Shown piece by piece: positions 19,711-30,431 of a stretch of DNA of 64,000 nt. The position numbers and the translations under genes were made by a program. The first letter of the stretch is position 1; every line of letters starts with the position of its first letter. Under the pieces are notes generated by a model. It saw nothing but the letters and a program-made list of their open reading frames with translations, did not search any database and was not told the DNA's origin. Origin of the DNA: an uncultured Pseudomonadota bacterium (lineage in GTDB: Bacteria; Myxococcota_A; Polyangia; Fen-1088). The stretch spans positions 352,001-416,000 of the forward strand of contig CAWKBC010000027.1 of NCBI GenBank assembly GCA_963847705.1. The letters are read 5' to 3'.

Positions 19711-21379
19711 GTGTTGTGGTCGCAGATCAGCGCGCCCGCCCCGGACGCCTTCAAAGAGCTGCTGCTGGAGCTCGCCCACGAGCGCTCGCTCGAACAGCTC
19801 TTGCCGCTGGTCACTCAGCGCCTGGCCGAGCACGAGGACGTCGCGCTGGCGCGCCTGTGGCTGATCGATCCGGGCGATCAATGTGGTGATGGCTGTCCCA
19901 ACGCCGCCACCTGCGGCGATCGCTCGCGCTGTCTGCACCTGGTGGCCAGCACCTCGCGCTCGCTCGACGGCGCGACCGTCGCGGCCAATCGATTGAACGG
20001 CGACTTTCGCCGCATCCCGATCGGGGCGTTCAAGGTGGGCGCGGTGGCGGCCGCCGGAGCCCCGGTCGTGGTGACCGATCCGGCGCACGATCCCAAGATC
20101 CGGCGGCCGGAGTGGGTGCGCGCCGAGCAGATCGCCGGCTTCGCTGGGTTGCCGCTCGACTGTCGGGGCGAACGCCTCGGCGTGCTGGGGGTGTTCGTGC
20201 GCGCGCCCATCACCGATGCGGCAGTGGACGTGCTGCGCATCGTGGCCAATCACACCGCCGCCGCCATCGCCACGGCGCGCGCCGTCGCCCAGGTCACCGA
20301 GATGCGCCAGCAGATCCTGCTCGAGGGCGGTCGACTGCTCCGTCAGGTCAACCAGAACGTGGGCGTCGAAGAGTTGATCGGCCAGAGCGCCCAGATGCGC
20401 GAGGTGCGGCGCCAGATCGCCGCCGTGGCCGCCACCGACGCCGGTGTCCTGATCCTGGGCGAGTCGGGCACCGGGAAGGAGCTGGCGGCGCGCGCCATCC
20501 ATCGTCTGAGCCCGCGCGCCGGAGGGCCCTTCGTCGAGCTCAACTGCGCGGCGATCCCGCGCGAGCTGGCAGAGACGGAGCTCTTCGGCCACGTGCGCGG
20601 CGCGTTCTCCGGCGCGACGCGCGATCGCATCGGTCGTTTCGAGGCGGCCGAGGGCGGCACGCTGTTTCTCGATGAGGTGGGCGAGCTGCCGCCGGAGCTG
20701 CAGGCCAAGCTGCTGCGGGTCTTGCAGGAGGGGACCTACGAGCGGGTGGGGGACGTGCGGACCCGCCGCACCGACGTCCGCATCGTCGCCGCCACCAACC
20801 GCAACTTGCTGGTCGAGGTCGACGCCGGGCGATTCCGACAAGATCTCTACTATCGGCTGGCGATCTTCCCCGTCTCGCTGCCGCCGCTGCGCGAGCGAAC
20901 GGAGGATCTGCCAGCGCTGGTCGAGCACCTGCTGTCGCGGATCTGCCGACGGCTCAATCGGCCGCCGCTCTCCCTGACGGGTGAGCAGCTGCGGGAGCTG
21001 GCGCGTCGCCGCTGGCCGGGCAACGTCCGCGAGCTGGTCAACCTGCTGGAGCGGGCGATCATCTCGGCGAGCTCCGACGAAGAGCTGAGCTTCGCACCCG
21101 TCCAGGAGCTGTGGGCGGCGCGCCCCTCGGCGCAGCCGGCGGGATCCTCGGTGGCCGTCCCGGCGCTCGAGGGTCCGCTCTATCCGGCGCGCTCACCGGA
21201 CGCCGCGGACGTCGTTCCCGATCTCGAGATGCGGCGGCTCGAGCGCGACAACTTGAGACGGGCGCTGGCCCGGACCGGCGGGAAGATTCTACGGCCCTGA
21301 CGGCGCCGCGGCGCTTCTGGGAGTCAAGCCGACCACGCTCGCTTCGCGCCTCAAGCGGCTGCACATCGAGACCCCGTAA
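19711..21379 (+). CDS. GAF-domain sigma54 enhancer-binding activator (NitA/FhlA-like); +1 frameshift near 21287
   Basis: [37 protein letters not shown]. Removing one T restores the [31 protein letters not shown], ending TAA at 21379. Confidence 0.9.
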
Positions 21380-21380
21380 T

Positions 21381-22538
21381 TCACGTTGACGTCGGGCCCG
21401 GAAAACCGACGGGCGGCGCCCGCAGCGCGGCCGCGGCGAAGAGCGCCAGCGCGGCGACGGCGAACAGGGTCGCGGTCGGGGTCACGTGGCGCGCGGCCAG
21501 CGCGAGCAGCAGCGGGGTGCTGAAGCCCGCGTAGGTCAGCACGTAGTAAAGGCCGGCCATCCCGGCGCGGGTTTCGGGACGCGAAAGCGCCTCGACCAGT
21601 CGCAGCCCCGAGGTCATGCAGACGCCATAGCCCACGCCGAGCAAGGCCGCGGCGGCCAGCAGCGGCAGCGTGGCGTGCCAGACGACCGCCTCCGCGCCGA
21701 GGAGGACGCCGGCCGCGCCGACGAGCAGGCCCACCCGGGCGGCGGTGGTGGGCGCGATGCGCCTGGTGAAGGGCTGCGCGGCCATCCCGGCCGCCAGCGT
21801 GAGCGCCGCCAGCGCCCCCACGTAGCTGGGCTGAATCTTGCCGCCCGCCAGCGCCGGCAGCGTCGCGAAGGCGATTCCGGGAAAGGCGAACACGAACGGC
21901 GCCATCCAGACGACGCCGCGCAGGAAAGGGCCGCGGTTCGTGCGGTCGAGGCCGATCCGCAGCAGGGGACCGGACCGTGCCGGCGCGCGCGGGGACGCCG
22001 GCGTGCCCAGCGCCAGAGCGAAAACGAAGACCGTGACGAGCAGGTGGGCGAGGTAGGGAAGAACGGTCGGGTGCGGTTCGTACTGGGCCAACAGGCCACT
22101 CAACAAGGGGCCGAAGCCGAATCCGGCGGAGAGCGCCAGCGTCGCCCGGCGCGCGCCCGCCCCGGGAGCGGCCCCGGCCGACAGCTCGAGCAGCCAGACC
22201 GCGCCCGGATTCATGGCCGCGCCAGCCCCGACGCCATAGAGGAGCCGTCCGACCAGGAGCGCCGTGAAGCTGCCGCCCCCCGCGCCGAGGAGGGCGCTCC
22301 CCAGCAGCGTGACCACGGTGGCCGGAAAGACGAGGGCGCGTCGGCCGTAACGATCCGACAGTGGCCCCGAGAGCAGCAGGCCCGGGACCAGCCCCAGCGC
22401 GTACATGCCGAGCAGCGCCGCGGGGGCCGCCGCGTCCAGCGCCAGCGTCCCCTTGTAGACCAGCAACAGCGCCACGAAGTGGTTCGCGCCCCAGCCGACG
22501 CAGAACAACAGCAGCGCGATCCGCGCCCACGGCTTCAA
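21381..22538 (-). CDS. MFS transporter
   Basis: About 12 hydrophobic segments, motif A GPLSDRYGRR; TTG start inferred. Confidence 0.85.
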   Translation of the reverse strand: MKPWARIALLLFCVGWGANHFVALLLVYKGTLALDAAAPAALLGMYALGLVPGLLLSGPLSDRYGRRALVFPATVVTLLGSALLGAGGGSFTALLVGRLLYGVGAGAAMNPGAVWLLELSAGAAPGAGARRATLALSAGFGFGPLLSGLLAQYEPHPTVLPYLAHLLVTVFVFALALGTPASPRAPARSGPLLRIGLDRTNRGPFLRGVVWMAPFVFAFPGIAFATLPALAGGKIQPSYVGALAALTLAAGMAAQPFTRRIAPTTAARVGLLVGAAGVLLGAEAVVWHATLPLLAAAALLGVGYGVCMTSGLRLVEALSRPETRAGMAGLYYVLTYAGFSTPLLLALAARHVTPTATLFAVAALALFAAAALRAPPVGFPGPTST

Positions 22539-22557
22539 CGTGGCCGACCGTTCCGCA

Positions 22558-22950
22558 TCAGCGAGGCGCGGGCGCGCTCTCGAGGAGCTGGCGGAGAAGA
22601 TCCGGATCGACGGGCTTGACGAGATGATGATCGAACCCGGCCGCCAGCGCGGCGCTGCGATCTTCCGGCTCGCCCGAGCCCGAGAGCGCGAGGAGCAGCA
22701 CCGCCGACGAGCCGGGGTCGGCGCGAATCCGGCGCGCCACTTCGAGACCATCCATCTCGGGCATTCTGATGTCCATCACGACGGCCGCATGACGCCCCTC
22801 GCGCGCGGCGGCCAGGGCGGCCGATCCGTCTTCCACCGCGGTGACCTCGAAACCCCACAGCTGCAGCACGATCTGGAGCGCCCGGCGCAGCATGGCGTTG
22901 TCGTCGGCCACCAGGATTCGGCGCTTGCCGATCTGCGTCGACGTTTCCAT
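22558..22950 (-). CDS. Single-domain response regulator
   Basis: ILVADDN, VMDIRMPEMDG, GFDHHLVKP. Confidence 0.9.
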   Translation of the reverse strand: METSTQIGKRRILVADDNAMLRRALQIVLQLWGFEVTAVEDGSAALAAAREGRHAAVVMDIRMPEMDGLEVARRIRADPGSSAVLLLALSGSGEPEDRSAALAAGFDHHLVKPVDPDLLRQLLESAPAPR

Positions 22951-23007
22951 GGAATGCGCAGCATGACATGCGCACCCGACAGAAGGGGAGATACACTCCT
23001 GCCGATC

Positions 23008-24277
23008 ATGCTCGGGGGTGCCAACGACAGTCGCGCTGGATACGAGAGCGCGCGGCTCGAGTTGGCCCGCCTCCGCCTGGGCGGCGGCGACGCGCGGGCG
23101 GCGGCCATGCGGCAGGTGGCCCAGACCACCGCGCGCGCGCTCGGCGTCGAGCGGGTGGGGATCTGGGCCTTCAAGGGGGCAGGGGGCGGCCTCATGGGCG
23201 TCTGTCAGTTCGACCTCCGTTCGGACACCTTTCCGCCCACGGGGCTTCCCGACGGGCTGCCGATGCCGCTCTTGCTGGCGGAGATCTCCAAACGGAGGGT
23301 GGTCGCGATCGCCGAAGCCCGCACGGACGTCCGCACCAGCGAGCTCCGTCAGGGCTATCTCGACGTCAACGGCATCGAATCGTTGCTGGCGGCCCCGGTG
23401 ATTCGCGACGGGAACGTGGTGGGCGTCATCTGCTGCGAGCAGGTCGGCACCGTCCGCCCCTGGTCGCTGGCGGACCGCGACTTCGGAGCCTGCGCGGCGG
23501 ACATGGCCGCGCTGTTTCTCGAGCAGGCCGACCGGCTGGAGATCGAGGCCTCGTTGCGGGCGCGGCGGGAGAGCGAGCTCGGCGATGAACGCATGGCCTC
23601 GCTCGGGCGGCTGGCCCGCTCGGTCGCGCACGACGTCAACAACGTGCTCGGGGCGCTCGACCTGATTGGCGTGGCGCTGGAGGCCGACGCCCGGAGCGAC
23701 GTCGCCGGGCACGGCGCGGAGGTCCGGCGAACGGTCGACTTCGGCTCGCGCCTCGTCGAGCAGCTCCTGCTGTTCGGGCGCGAGTCGGCCGCCACCGGCG
23801 AGAGCATCGATTCTGACGCCGCTGCTCCAGCAAATCCAGCCGGTCTTGCTCCGCCTCCTGCGCGGCGCGCGCCTCGAGCTCGACGTCTCGGTCGCCGAGG
23901 GTGCTTTCGTCCTCGTCGATCCGTCCGAGCTGAAGCAGGTGGTGCTCAACCTCTGCGTCAATGCCGCCGAGGCCGTCGCCGCGGGGGGCCTGGTCCGGCT
24001 CGAGCTGCGCGAGCCCCGCGCCGACGAGCCTATCAGCCCCACCTCGATCGTCCTGGCCGTCGTGGACGACGGGCGTGGGATGGACGCCAAGACGCAGGAG
24101 CACATCTTCGAGCCCTACTTCTCGACCAAGCCGGCCGGGCACGGGATTGGCCTGGCGACCGTGTACGGGATCGTCAAGCGGGCCGGCGGAGCCATCCTCG
24201 TGGACAGCAGCGTCGGCGCGGGAACGACGTTTCGGATCGTGCTCCCCCGCGTCGCCCGGCCGGCCTCGCTCCGGTGA
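23008..24277 (+). CDS. GAF-sensor histidine kinase; +1 frameshift near 23811
   Basis: GAF, then SVAHDVNN; HATPase (QVVLNLCVNA, DDGRGM, FEPYFSTK, GHGIGLA) continues in the shifted frame. Confidence 0.85.
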
Positions 24278-26292
24278 GCGGGGGCCGCTTGGCGCGCGAT
24301 CCGATCGACGTTTTTCCCGGGCGTCCGCTGGGGTTGCAGGGGCGCTCGACGACCAGCGAGCGGGCGCGACTGAGGACGGCGCTGGCCTGGGCCGCCGCGC
24401 TGCTGATGTTCGCCGCCAGCGGATTTTGGGCGCATCGCAGTCTTCAGGCGGAGGTCGAGCGGCGGGTCGGTGACGACATGAAGGCTGTCCTCGACACCGC
24501 CGTGAACGGCGTCGGCGCATTTCTGCAGGGCGCGGAGCGGCTGGCCGCGCTGGTGGCGGAGGCGCCCGAGGTCCGCGCCGCCGCGGCCGGTCAGGGCACG
24601 ATGGCCAGCGCCCTCGCCCCGTTCGAGCGGGCCGGCAAGCTGACCGGCTACGTGGTGGCCAGTGCGGGTGGCGTCGTTCTCGAGTCGAGCGACGGATTCG
24701 CGTCGGTGGGACAGACCCTCCCGGCCGAGGCCTTCCCCGGCCTCGTCACCGCGTCCAGCGGGGCGCCGCGCGCCGGATTGCCGTTCCGGGCGCTCGACGG
24801 GCGGGTGCGAATCATGGTCGTCGTGCCGCTGCCGGGCGGCGCGCGCGCCCTCGGCCTCGGCATCGATCAAAGCGAGCTTTCGGCGCCGCTTCTGGCGGCC
24901 CGGGCCGGGCGGACAGGGGAGACCTACGCCTTCGACCGTCAGGGCGAGATGATCTCCAGCAGCCGCTTTCCCCAGCATCTGCGCGGCGCCGGCCTCATCG
25001 GCCCCGACGAAGACGATTCGGCCCTGCGGGTCGCCATTCGCGATCCCGGCGGAGACATGACCGAAGGGTTTCGCCCCCAGACGCAGCGGCGCGCCCAGCC
25101 GCTGACGCGGGGGGCGGCGGACGCGGTCGCCGGGCACTCCGGCGTCTCCGTGACCCCCTACCGCGACTACCGCGGCGTGCCGGTGGTCGGCGCCTGGACC
25201 TGGGTCGACGCGCGCGGCTTCGGTGTCCTGTCCGAGGTCGACGCCGACGAGGCCTTCGAGCCGATGCGGGCGCTGGAGCGGATCTTCGGGGCGCTCTTCG
25301 GCCTGGTGGCGGTGACCGGCGCGGCGGCGGTGGCGGCGGGGCTGTGGGCCGGGCGGGCGCGACGTCGCGCGAACCGGGCCGAGGCCGAGGTGCGGCAGCT
25401 CGGCGAATACGTCCTCGAGCGGCGCCTGGGCGGCGGCGCGATGGGTGAGGTCTACCTGGCGCGGCACGCTCTGCTCCGTCGCCCCACCGCGCTCAAGTTG
25501 CTCCGCCCCAACCAGAGCGATCGCCTGGCGGTCGAGCGCTTCGAGCGCGAGGTCAAGGTGACGGCGCTTCTGACCCACCCGAACACCATCGCCATCTACG
25601 ACTACGGGAGTAGCCAGGGGGGATCCTTCTACTACGCGATGGAGTACCTGGAGGGGGTCGATCTCGAGCGCTTCGTGGCCCGCTTCGGTCCCTGCTCCGA
25701 CGCGCGGGTGGTCCACCTCCTGCGCCAGGTCTGCGGCTCGCTCGCCGAGGCGCACGATCGGGGCCTCGTTCACCGCGACATCAAACCGGCGAACATCTTT
25801 CTCTGTCGCCGCGGCGGCGTCCCCGATCTCATCAAGGTGCTCGACTTCGGGCTGGCCAAGGTGGCCGAGGATCACAGCATGACCCGCGCCAGCGTGGTGG
25901 TGGGGACGCCCGAGAACATGGCCCCGGAGCTGTTCGAATCGGCGGACAAGGCCTCCCCGCGCAGCAATCTCTACGCGGTCGGCTGCGTCGGCTACTACCT
26001 GGTCACCGGACATCACGTGTTCGCAGGGAGCTCGCTGGCCGAGCTTTGCAACGCGCACCTCTCGAAGACGCCGGTGCCGCCTTCGGAGTATCTGGGCCGC
26101 ACGGTCGACCCGATGCTCGAGCGCGTGCTGCTCTCCTGTCTGGCCAAGGATCCGACCCGCCGACCGTCGACCGCGCGGGGCATCCTGGAGCTGTTCGAAC
26201 GCTCCTCGGTGGCCCGGGACTGGACGTCGGGCGACGCCGCCGCGTTCTGGGCCCGCCACGGCGACCGGATCGTCGAGGAGGGACCGGCCTAG
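24274..26292 (+). CDS. Membrane Ser/Thr protein kinase with Cache-like extracytoplasmic domain
   Basis: TM-sensor-TM, LGGGAMGEVY, ALKLL, HRDIKPAN, DFGLAK, MAPE; GTGA overlap with the upstream kinase. Confidence 0.9.
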   Translation: MSGGRLARDPIDVFPGRPLGLQGRSTTSERARLRTALAWAAALLMFAASGFWAHRSLQAEVERRVGDDMKAVLDTAVNGVGAFLQGAERLAALVAEAPEVRAAAAGQGTMASALAPFERAGKLTGYVVASAGGVVLESSDGFASVGQTLPAEAFPGLVTASSGAPRAGLPFRALDGRVRIMVVVPLPGGARALGLGIDQSELSAPLLAARAGRTGETYAFDRQGEMISSSRFPQHLRGAGLIGPDEDDSALRVAIRDPGGDMTEGFRPQTQRRAQPLTRGAADAVAGHSGVSVTPYRDYRGVPVVGAWTWVDARGFGVLSEVDADEAFEPMRALERIFGALFGLVAVTGAAAVAAGLWAGRARRRANRAEAEVRQLGEYVLERRLGGGAMGEVYLARHALLRRPTALKLLRPNQSDRLAVERFEREVKVTALLTHPNTIAIYDYGSSQGGSFYYAMEYLEGVDLERFVARFGPCSDARVVHLLRQVCGSLAEAHDRGLVHRDIKPANIFLCRRGGVPDLIKVLDFGLAKVAEDHSMTRASVVVGTPENMAPELFESADKASPRSNLYAVGCVGYYLVTGHHVFAGSSLAELCNAHLSKTPVPPSEYLGRTVDPMLERVLLSCLAKDPTRRPSTARGILELFERSSVARDWTSGDAAAFWARHGDRIVEEGPA

Positions 26293-26293
26293 C

Positions 26294-28714
26294 TCAGGTG
26301 GTGGCTTCGCGCGCCCCGGCGCAGATGCGCTTGATCCGCTCGATGTTGGGCGGCTTGGCCAGGTGCTGATCGAACCCCGCCGCGCTGGCCCTGGCCAGGT
26401 CCTCTGACTGGGCGTACCCGCTGAGCGCGACGAGGAGCGTGGAACGAAATGCGCCGTCGGCCCGAAACGCGCGCGCCACCTCGTAGCCGTTCATCCCTGG
26501 CAGGCCGATGTCGCAGAACACGACATCGGGCTTGAACAGGCGCGCCGCGGCCAGCGCCTCGGGCCCGTTGTGCGCCACCGCGACCTGGTGTGTGTGGATC
26601 TCCAGCGCGGCGCGCAGCCCATCGGCGACGTCGCAATCGTCGTCGACGATGAGCACCCGCCGGCCGGGCTGCGGCGGGCTCTCGGCGCGCGCGCTCTCAG
26701 CCGCGGTGGCGCGCTCCGCCTGGAGCGGAAGTCGCACCGTGAGCTCCGCCCCCTGGTTGCGTCCGGCGCTGTAGGCGCTCACCTCTCCCCCATGCAACTC
26801 GACCAGCCCCTTGACGAGCGCCAGGCCGAGCCCGAGCCCGCCGCTGTTCCGATCGAGCGTGTCGTCGCCCTGCATGAACGGTTCGAACAGGTGCTCGATC
26901 AGGACGGCGTCGATTCCCGCGCCGTCGTCCGACACCTGCAGGATCGCCTGGGCGGAGCTCGGGTCGGCGGAGACCGAGACGCTGACCGCGCCTCCGGGTG
27001 GGCTGAACTTGATGGCGTTCGACAGCAGGTTGGTGATCACCTGGGAGATCCGCGCGCCGTCGGCGCTCACCATGACCGGAGCTTTCGGCACCCGAAGCTC
27101 CAGCCGCACGCCGCCAAGCTCCAGGTGGGAGCGGTTGTCCTGGATGGTCTCCCGAACGACCTGACTGAGATCGAGCGGGCGTCGCTGCAGCTCGATCTTG
27201 TTTCGCGAGATGCGCGTCACGTCGAGGAGATCGTCCACCATGCGGACGACGTGACCGACCTGGCGGTCGATGACCTCCCGCGCCTTGACGACCGCCGGGC
27301 TCCCCGGCGTGCCGTGCTCGAGCACGTAGAGGGTGGTCCGAATGGCGGCCAGCGGGTTGCGCAGCTCGTGGGAGAGAACCGCGATGAACTCGCTCTTGCG
27401 GCGATCCGCCTCGCGCAGCTCGTCGACCAGCCGCCGCTGTGCCGTGATGTCCTCGCTCATCACCAGGAGCTGGTCCACCAGGCCGTTCGAGCCGAACAGC
27501 GGGACGACGGTCCATTGCCGCACGAAGTGTGGCCGGCCCGGCAGGTCGTTGGCCAGCTCGTACGTCTGCGGTTCGCCCGTCTCGATCGCGCGCTCGCCGT
27601 GCCTGCGCAGGGGGGCCCAGATGGCGTCGGGCCACAGCTCCTCGCCAAACTTTCCCAGCAGCTGCTCCTTCGGGATCTTCAGCTTCACCGAGCACTGCAG
27701 GGAGAGCGCGGGGTTGAGATAGAGGAGGCGGAACTCCCGGTCGTAGAGGACCAGGTTGATCGGGATGTTCTCCACCGTGGTCCGAAAGCGCTCCTCGGAT
27801 TCGCGCAGCTTCTGGGCGTACGCCGCCCGCGCGTTCAGGGTGGCGGCCTCCTCGGCCCAGCGTGCCCGTTCGATGGCGTCGGCGCACTGCAGAGCGAGCA
27901 GCTCCAGCAGCTCGAGGCTGTGGCTGGGCAGCTGGTGCACCCTGCGGAAATAGGTGGAGAGCAGGCCGACCACCTTCCCCGAGCGGCTGCCGAGCGGCGT
28001 CGTCTGAATCGCCAGGACGCCCGCCGCGCGCATCGCCTCGCGATCGGAGGACTCCGCGTCAGGCCGGACACTCGCGAAATGATCGGCGACGGCCGGCGCG
28101 AACCCCCGCTGCGCGGTCAGCTTCAACTCGCCCGAGACCGGGTCCCTCAGCTGGATGCTGGCCATGTCGGCGCCGACGATGGAGACCGCCGCGTCGACCA
28201 CCTCTTCGAGCAGAGCCGGGAGATCGCCCTCCCGCACGAAACGGGTGGCGATGGCGTGCAGCCGGGTCATGGCGGCCAGCTCTGCCACCAGGCGCTCCTC
28301 GGCGACCTGCAGCTCGTCCTGCGCCCGCTTCCGCTCGGTGATATCGGAGATCACCGCGGTCACGGTCCCTCGGTTGGAGGGGAAGGCCGACACCTTCAAG
28401 TACTTCTTGAGGTGCTCGACGTACATCTCCGTGTGGGCCGCCTCGTCGCTGCGGGCGACGCTCCCGAGCAGCGCGAAGCAGGCGCTGTCGGGACCGTTGA
28501 GCTCCGACAGGCGATGCCCGATCCGGCTTGCTCTTTGAATGCCGAGGATCTCTTCGTAGGCTGGGTTGATGTCGAGGAACAGGTAATCGACCGGAGTTCC
28601 GGCGGCGTCGACGACGACCTCCAGCAGCGCCGCTCCGTCGCTCAGCGATTCGAACAGGCGCTGATATTTCTCCGCGCTGATCCGAAGCTCCGAATCGAGA
28701 GGATTCGCCGTCAT
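26294..28714 (-). CDS. PAS/GAF hybrid histidine kinase with receiver
   Basis: PAS, GAF, VLSHELRNPL, NLLSNAIKF, GGLGLGL, FCDIGLPGMNG. Confidence 0.92.
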   Translation of the reverse strand: MTANPLDSELRISAEKYQRLFESLSDGAALLEVVVDAAGTPVDYLFLDINPAYEEILGIQRASRIGHRLSELNGPDSACFALLGSVARSDEAAHTEMYVEHLKKYLKVSAFPSNRGTVTAVISDITERKRAQDELQVAEERLVAELAAMTRLHAIATRFVREGDLPALLEEVVDAAVSIVGADMASIQLRDPVSGELKLTAQRGFAPAVADHFASVRPDAESSDREAMRAAGVLAIQTTPLGSRSGKVVGLLSTYFRRVHQLPSHSLELLELLALQCADAIERARWAEEAATLNARAAYAQKLRESEERFRTTVENIPINLVLYDREFRLLYLNPALSLQCSVKLKIPKEQLLGKFGEELWPDAIWAPLRRHGERAIETGEPQTYELANDLPGRPHFVRQWTVVPLFGSNGLVDQLLVMSEDITAQRRLVDELREADRRKSEFIAVLSHELRNPLAAIRTTLYVLEHGTPGSPAVVKAREVIDRQVGHVVRMVDDLLDVTRISRNKIELQRRPLDLSQVVRETIQDNRSHLELGGVRLELRVPKAPVMVSADGARISQVITNLLSNAIKFSPPGGAVSVSVSADPSSAQAILQVSDDGAGIDAVLIEHLFEPFMQGDDTLDRNSGGLGLGLALVKGLVELHGGEVSAYSAGRNQGAELTVRLPLQAERATAAESARAESPPQPGRRVLIVDDDCDVADGLRAALEIHTHQVAVAHNGPEALAAARLFKPDVVFCDIGLPGMNGYEVARAFRADGAFRSTLLVALSGYAQSEDLARASAAGFDQHLAKPPNIERIKRICAGAREATT

Positions 28715-28742
28715 GGAGCGGAATAGTACCGCTCTCGCAGCG

Positions 28743-29726
28743 TCAAGGAAGCAGGACCGCGGCTCCCTCGATGCGACCGTGTCGAAGATCATCAAGCGCC
28801 TCGTTGGCGCGTGCCAGCGGATAGGCCGCGGTCTGGACCCTGACCGGAACGCGCGGCGCCAGCGCCAGGAACTCCTCGGCGTCGCGTCGGGTCAGGTTGG
28901 CCACCGATCGGACCGTCCGCTCGCCCCAGAGCTCTGCGTAGGGGAACGACGGAATGTCGCTCATGTGGATCCCCGCGCAGACGACCGTCCCCCCCTTGGC
29001 GACGACCCGCAGTGCGGCCGGGACGAGAGCCCCGACCGGCGCGAAGATCAGCGCGGCGTCGAGCGGCTCGGGAGGCGCGGCATCCGAGCCGCCGGTCCAG
29101 ATCGCGCCCAGTCCGCGCGCGAACGCCGCCGTCGCCGCGTCGCCGGGACGGGTGAAGGCGTAGATCGCGCGCCCCTCGTGGCGCGCCACCTGCGCGATGA
29201 TGTGAGCGGCGGCGCCGAACCCGTAGAGGCCGATCCGCCTGGCGTCGCCGGCCGCCCGCAAGGCGCGGTAGCCGATGAGGCCGGCGCAGAGGAGCGGCGC
29301 CGCCTCTTGGTCCGAGTACTCCACCGGCAGCGGGAAGCAGAAGCGGTGATCGGCCACCACCAATTCGGCGAAACCGCCGTCCAGGTGATAGCCGGTGAAG
29401 CGGGCCCGGTCGCAGAGGTTCTCGCGCCCCGACCGGCAGAACGGGCAGACGCCGCAGGTCCAGCCGAGCCAGGGGACGCCGACCCGATCGCCGACGGCGA
29501 ACCGGTCGACCCGATCTCCCTTCTGCACGACGACGCCGACGATCTCATGCCCGGGCACGAGGGCCTGCTTCGGATCGGCCAGCTCGCCGTCGACGATGTG
29601 GAGATCCGTCCGGCAGACCGCGCAGGCGCTGACGCGGATGAGGAGCTGATCCTCGCCCGGCCTGGGCGGTGCGATCTCGGTCGCGGCCAGCGGTCGCCCG
29701 GGACCCTCGAGGACCATCGCGCGCAT
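28743..29726 (-). CDS. Zinc-binding alcohol dehydrogenase family protein
   Basis: CRTDLH, GHEIVG, CGVCPFC...ENLC, YGFGAAA. Confidence 0.93.
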   Translation of the reverse strand: MRAMVLEGPGRPLAATEIAPPRPGEDQLLIRVSACAVCRTDLHIVDGELADPKQALVPGHEIVGVVVQKGDRVDRFAVGDRVGVPWLGWTCGVCPFCRSGRENLCDRARFTGYHLDGGFAELVVADHRFCFPLPVEYSDQEAAPLLCAGLIGYRALRAAGDARRIGLYGFGAAAHIIAQVARHEGRAIYAFTRPGDAATAAFARGLGAIWTGGSDAAPPEPLDAALIFAPVGALVPAALRVVAKGGTVVCAGIHMSDIPSFPYAELWGERTVRSVANLTRRDAEEFLALAPRVPVRVQTAAYPLARANEALDDLRHGRIEGAAVLLP

Positions 29727-29745
29727 GACCGTCGAGGTCACCACC

Positions 29746-30324
29746 TCACCCCTTGCGGGCGTTATAGACCGGGCGGCCGCTGGCGGCGAACCGGCGGAAG
29801 CCCTCGAGCGCCTCGGCGCGGAGGAGGCCGTCGCGGACGGCAATGCCGCGGCGGCGGAGCTCGTCGGGCCAGTGGGGATGGAGGGGGCCCTCGTCGAAGC
29901 CGGTCAACGCCTCCATCTCGGGCCCGCTGCCGGCGATGACCACGCTGCGGACGCCCGACCAGCAGATCGCGCCACAGCACATCGCGCAGGGGGCCCAGTT
30001 GACGACGATCTGGCAAGCGGGTTGGCCGGGACCGCCCAGATCGTGCCCGCCGATCGCCTGCTGCGCGAGCGACAGCGCCATCACCTCGGCGTGCGCCGAC
30101 GAGCAGCGCCCCGGGACGACGCGGTTGACGCCGATCGACACCACGCGACCGGTCGCCTCCTCGAACACCGCCGCCGCAAACGGCCCGCCGGTGTCGCGGT
30201 CGAAGTTCGTGCGCGCCAGCTCGATGACCCAGCGCATGCGCGCCTCGTCGTCGAGCTGCGCGGGCGCAGCAGCGAGTGACTCACTCGCCCAGTCGGGGAG
30301 GCTCAGCTCGAACCGTGTTGCCAC
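29746..30324 (-). CDS. Zn-dependent nucleoside/nucleobase deaminase (GuaD/TadA-like), probable guanine deaminase
   Basis: GGPFAA, HAEV, PCAMCCGAI; divergent from the purine ABC operon. Confidence 0.8.
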   Translation of the reverse strand: MATRFELSLPDWASESLAAAPAQLDDEARMRWVIELARTNFDRDTGGPFAAAVFEEATGRVVSIGVNRVVPGRCSSAHAEVMALSLAQQAIGGHDLGGPGQPACQIVVNWAPCAMCCGAICWSGVRSVVIAGSGPEMEALTGFDEGPLHPHWPDELRRRGIAVRDGLLRAEALEGFRRFAASGRPVYNARKG

Positions 30325-30431
30325 CGTGTTTCCTTGCTGCTTCTTTCTGTTGCCGTCGCCTCCGACTCTACCGAACTCCGCTTGTGTTCGTCGAGCGCCC
30401 GGTCTAGAAAAAATGAGAAAGCCCGAGGTGA

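Noticed and set aside
17982-19814. 610-aa extended nitrilase ORF
   Set aside because: The N-terminal extension overlaps the NitB-like gene and the promoter; the real start is ~18959.
22540-26292. 1250-aa GAF-HisKA-Ser/Thr kinase fusion ORF
   Set aside because: Artefact of the +1 shift at ~23811: the true HATPase lies in another frame ending at 24277 and the linking segment is nonsense.
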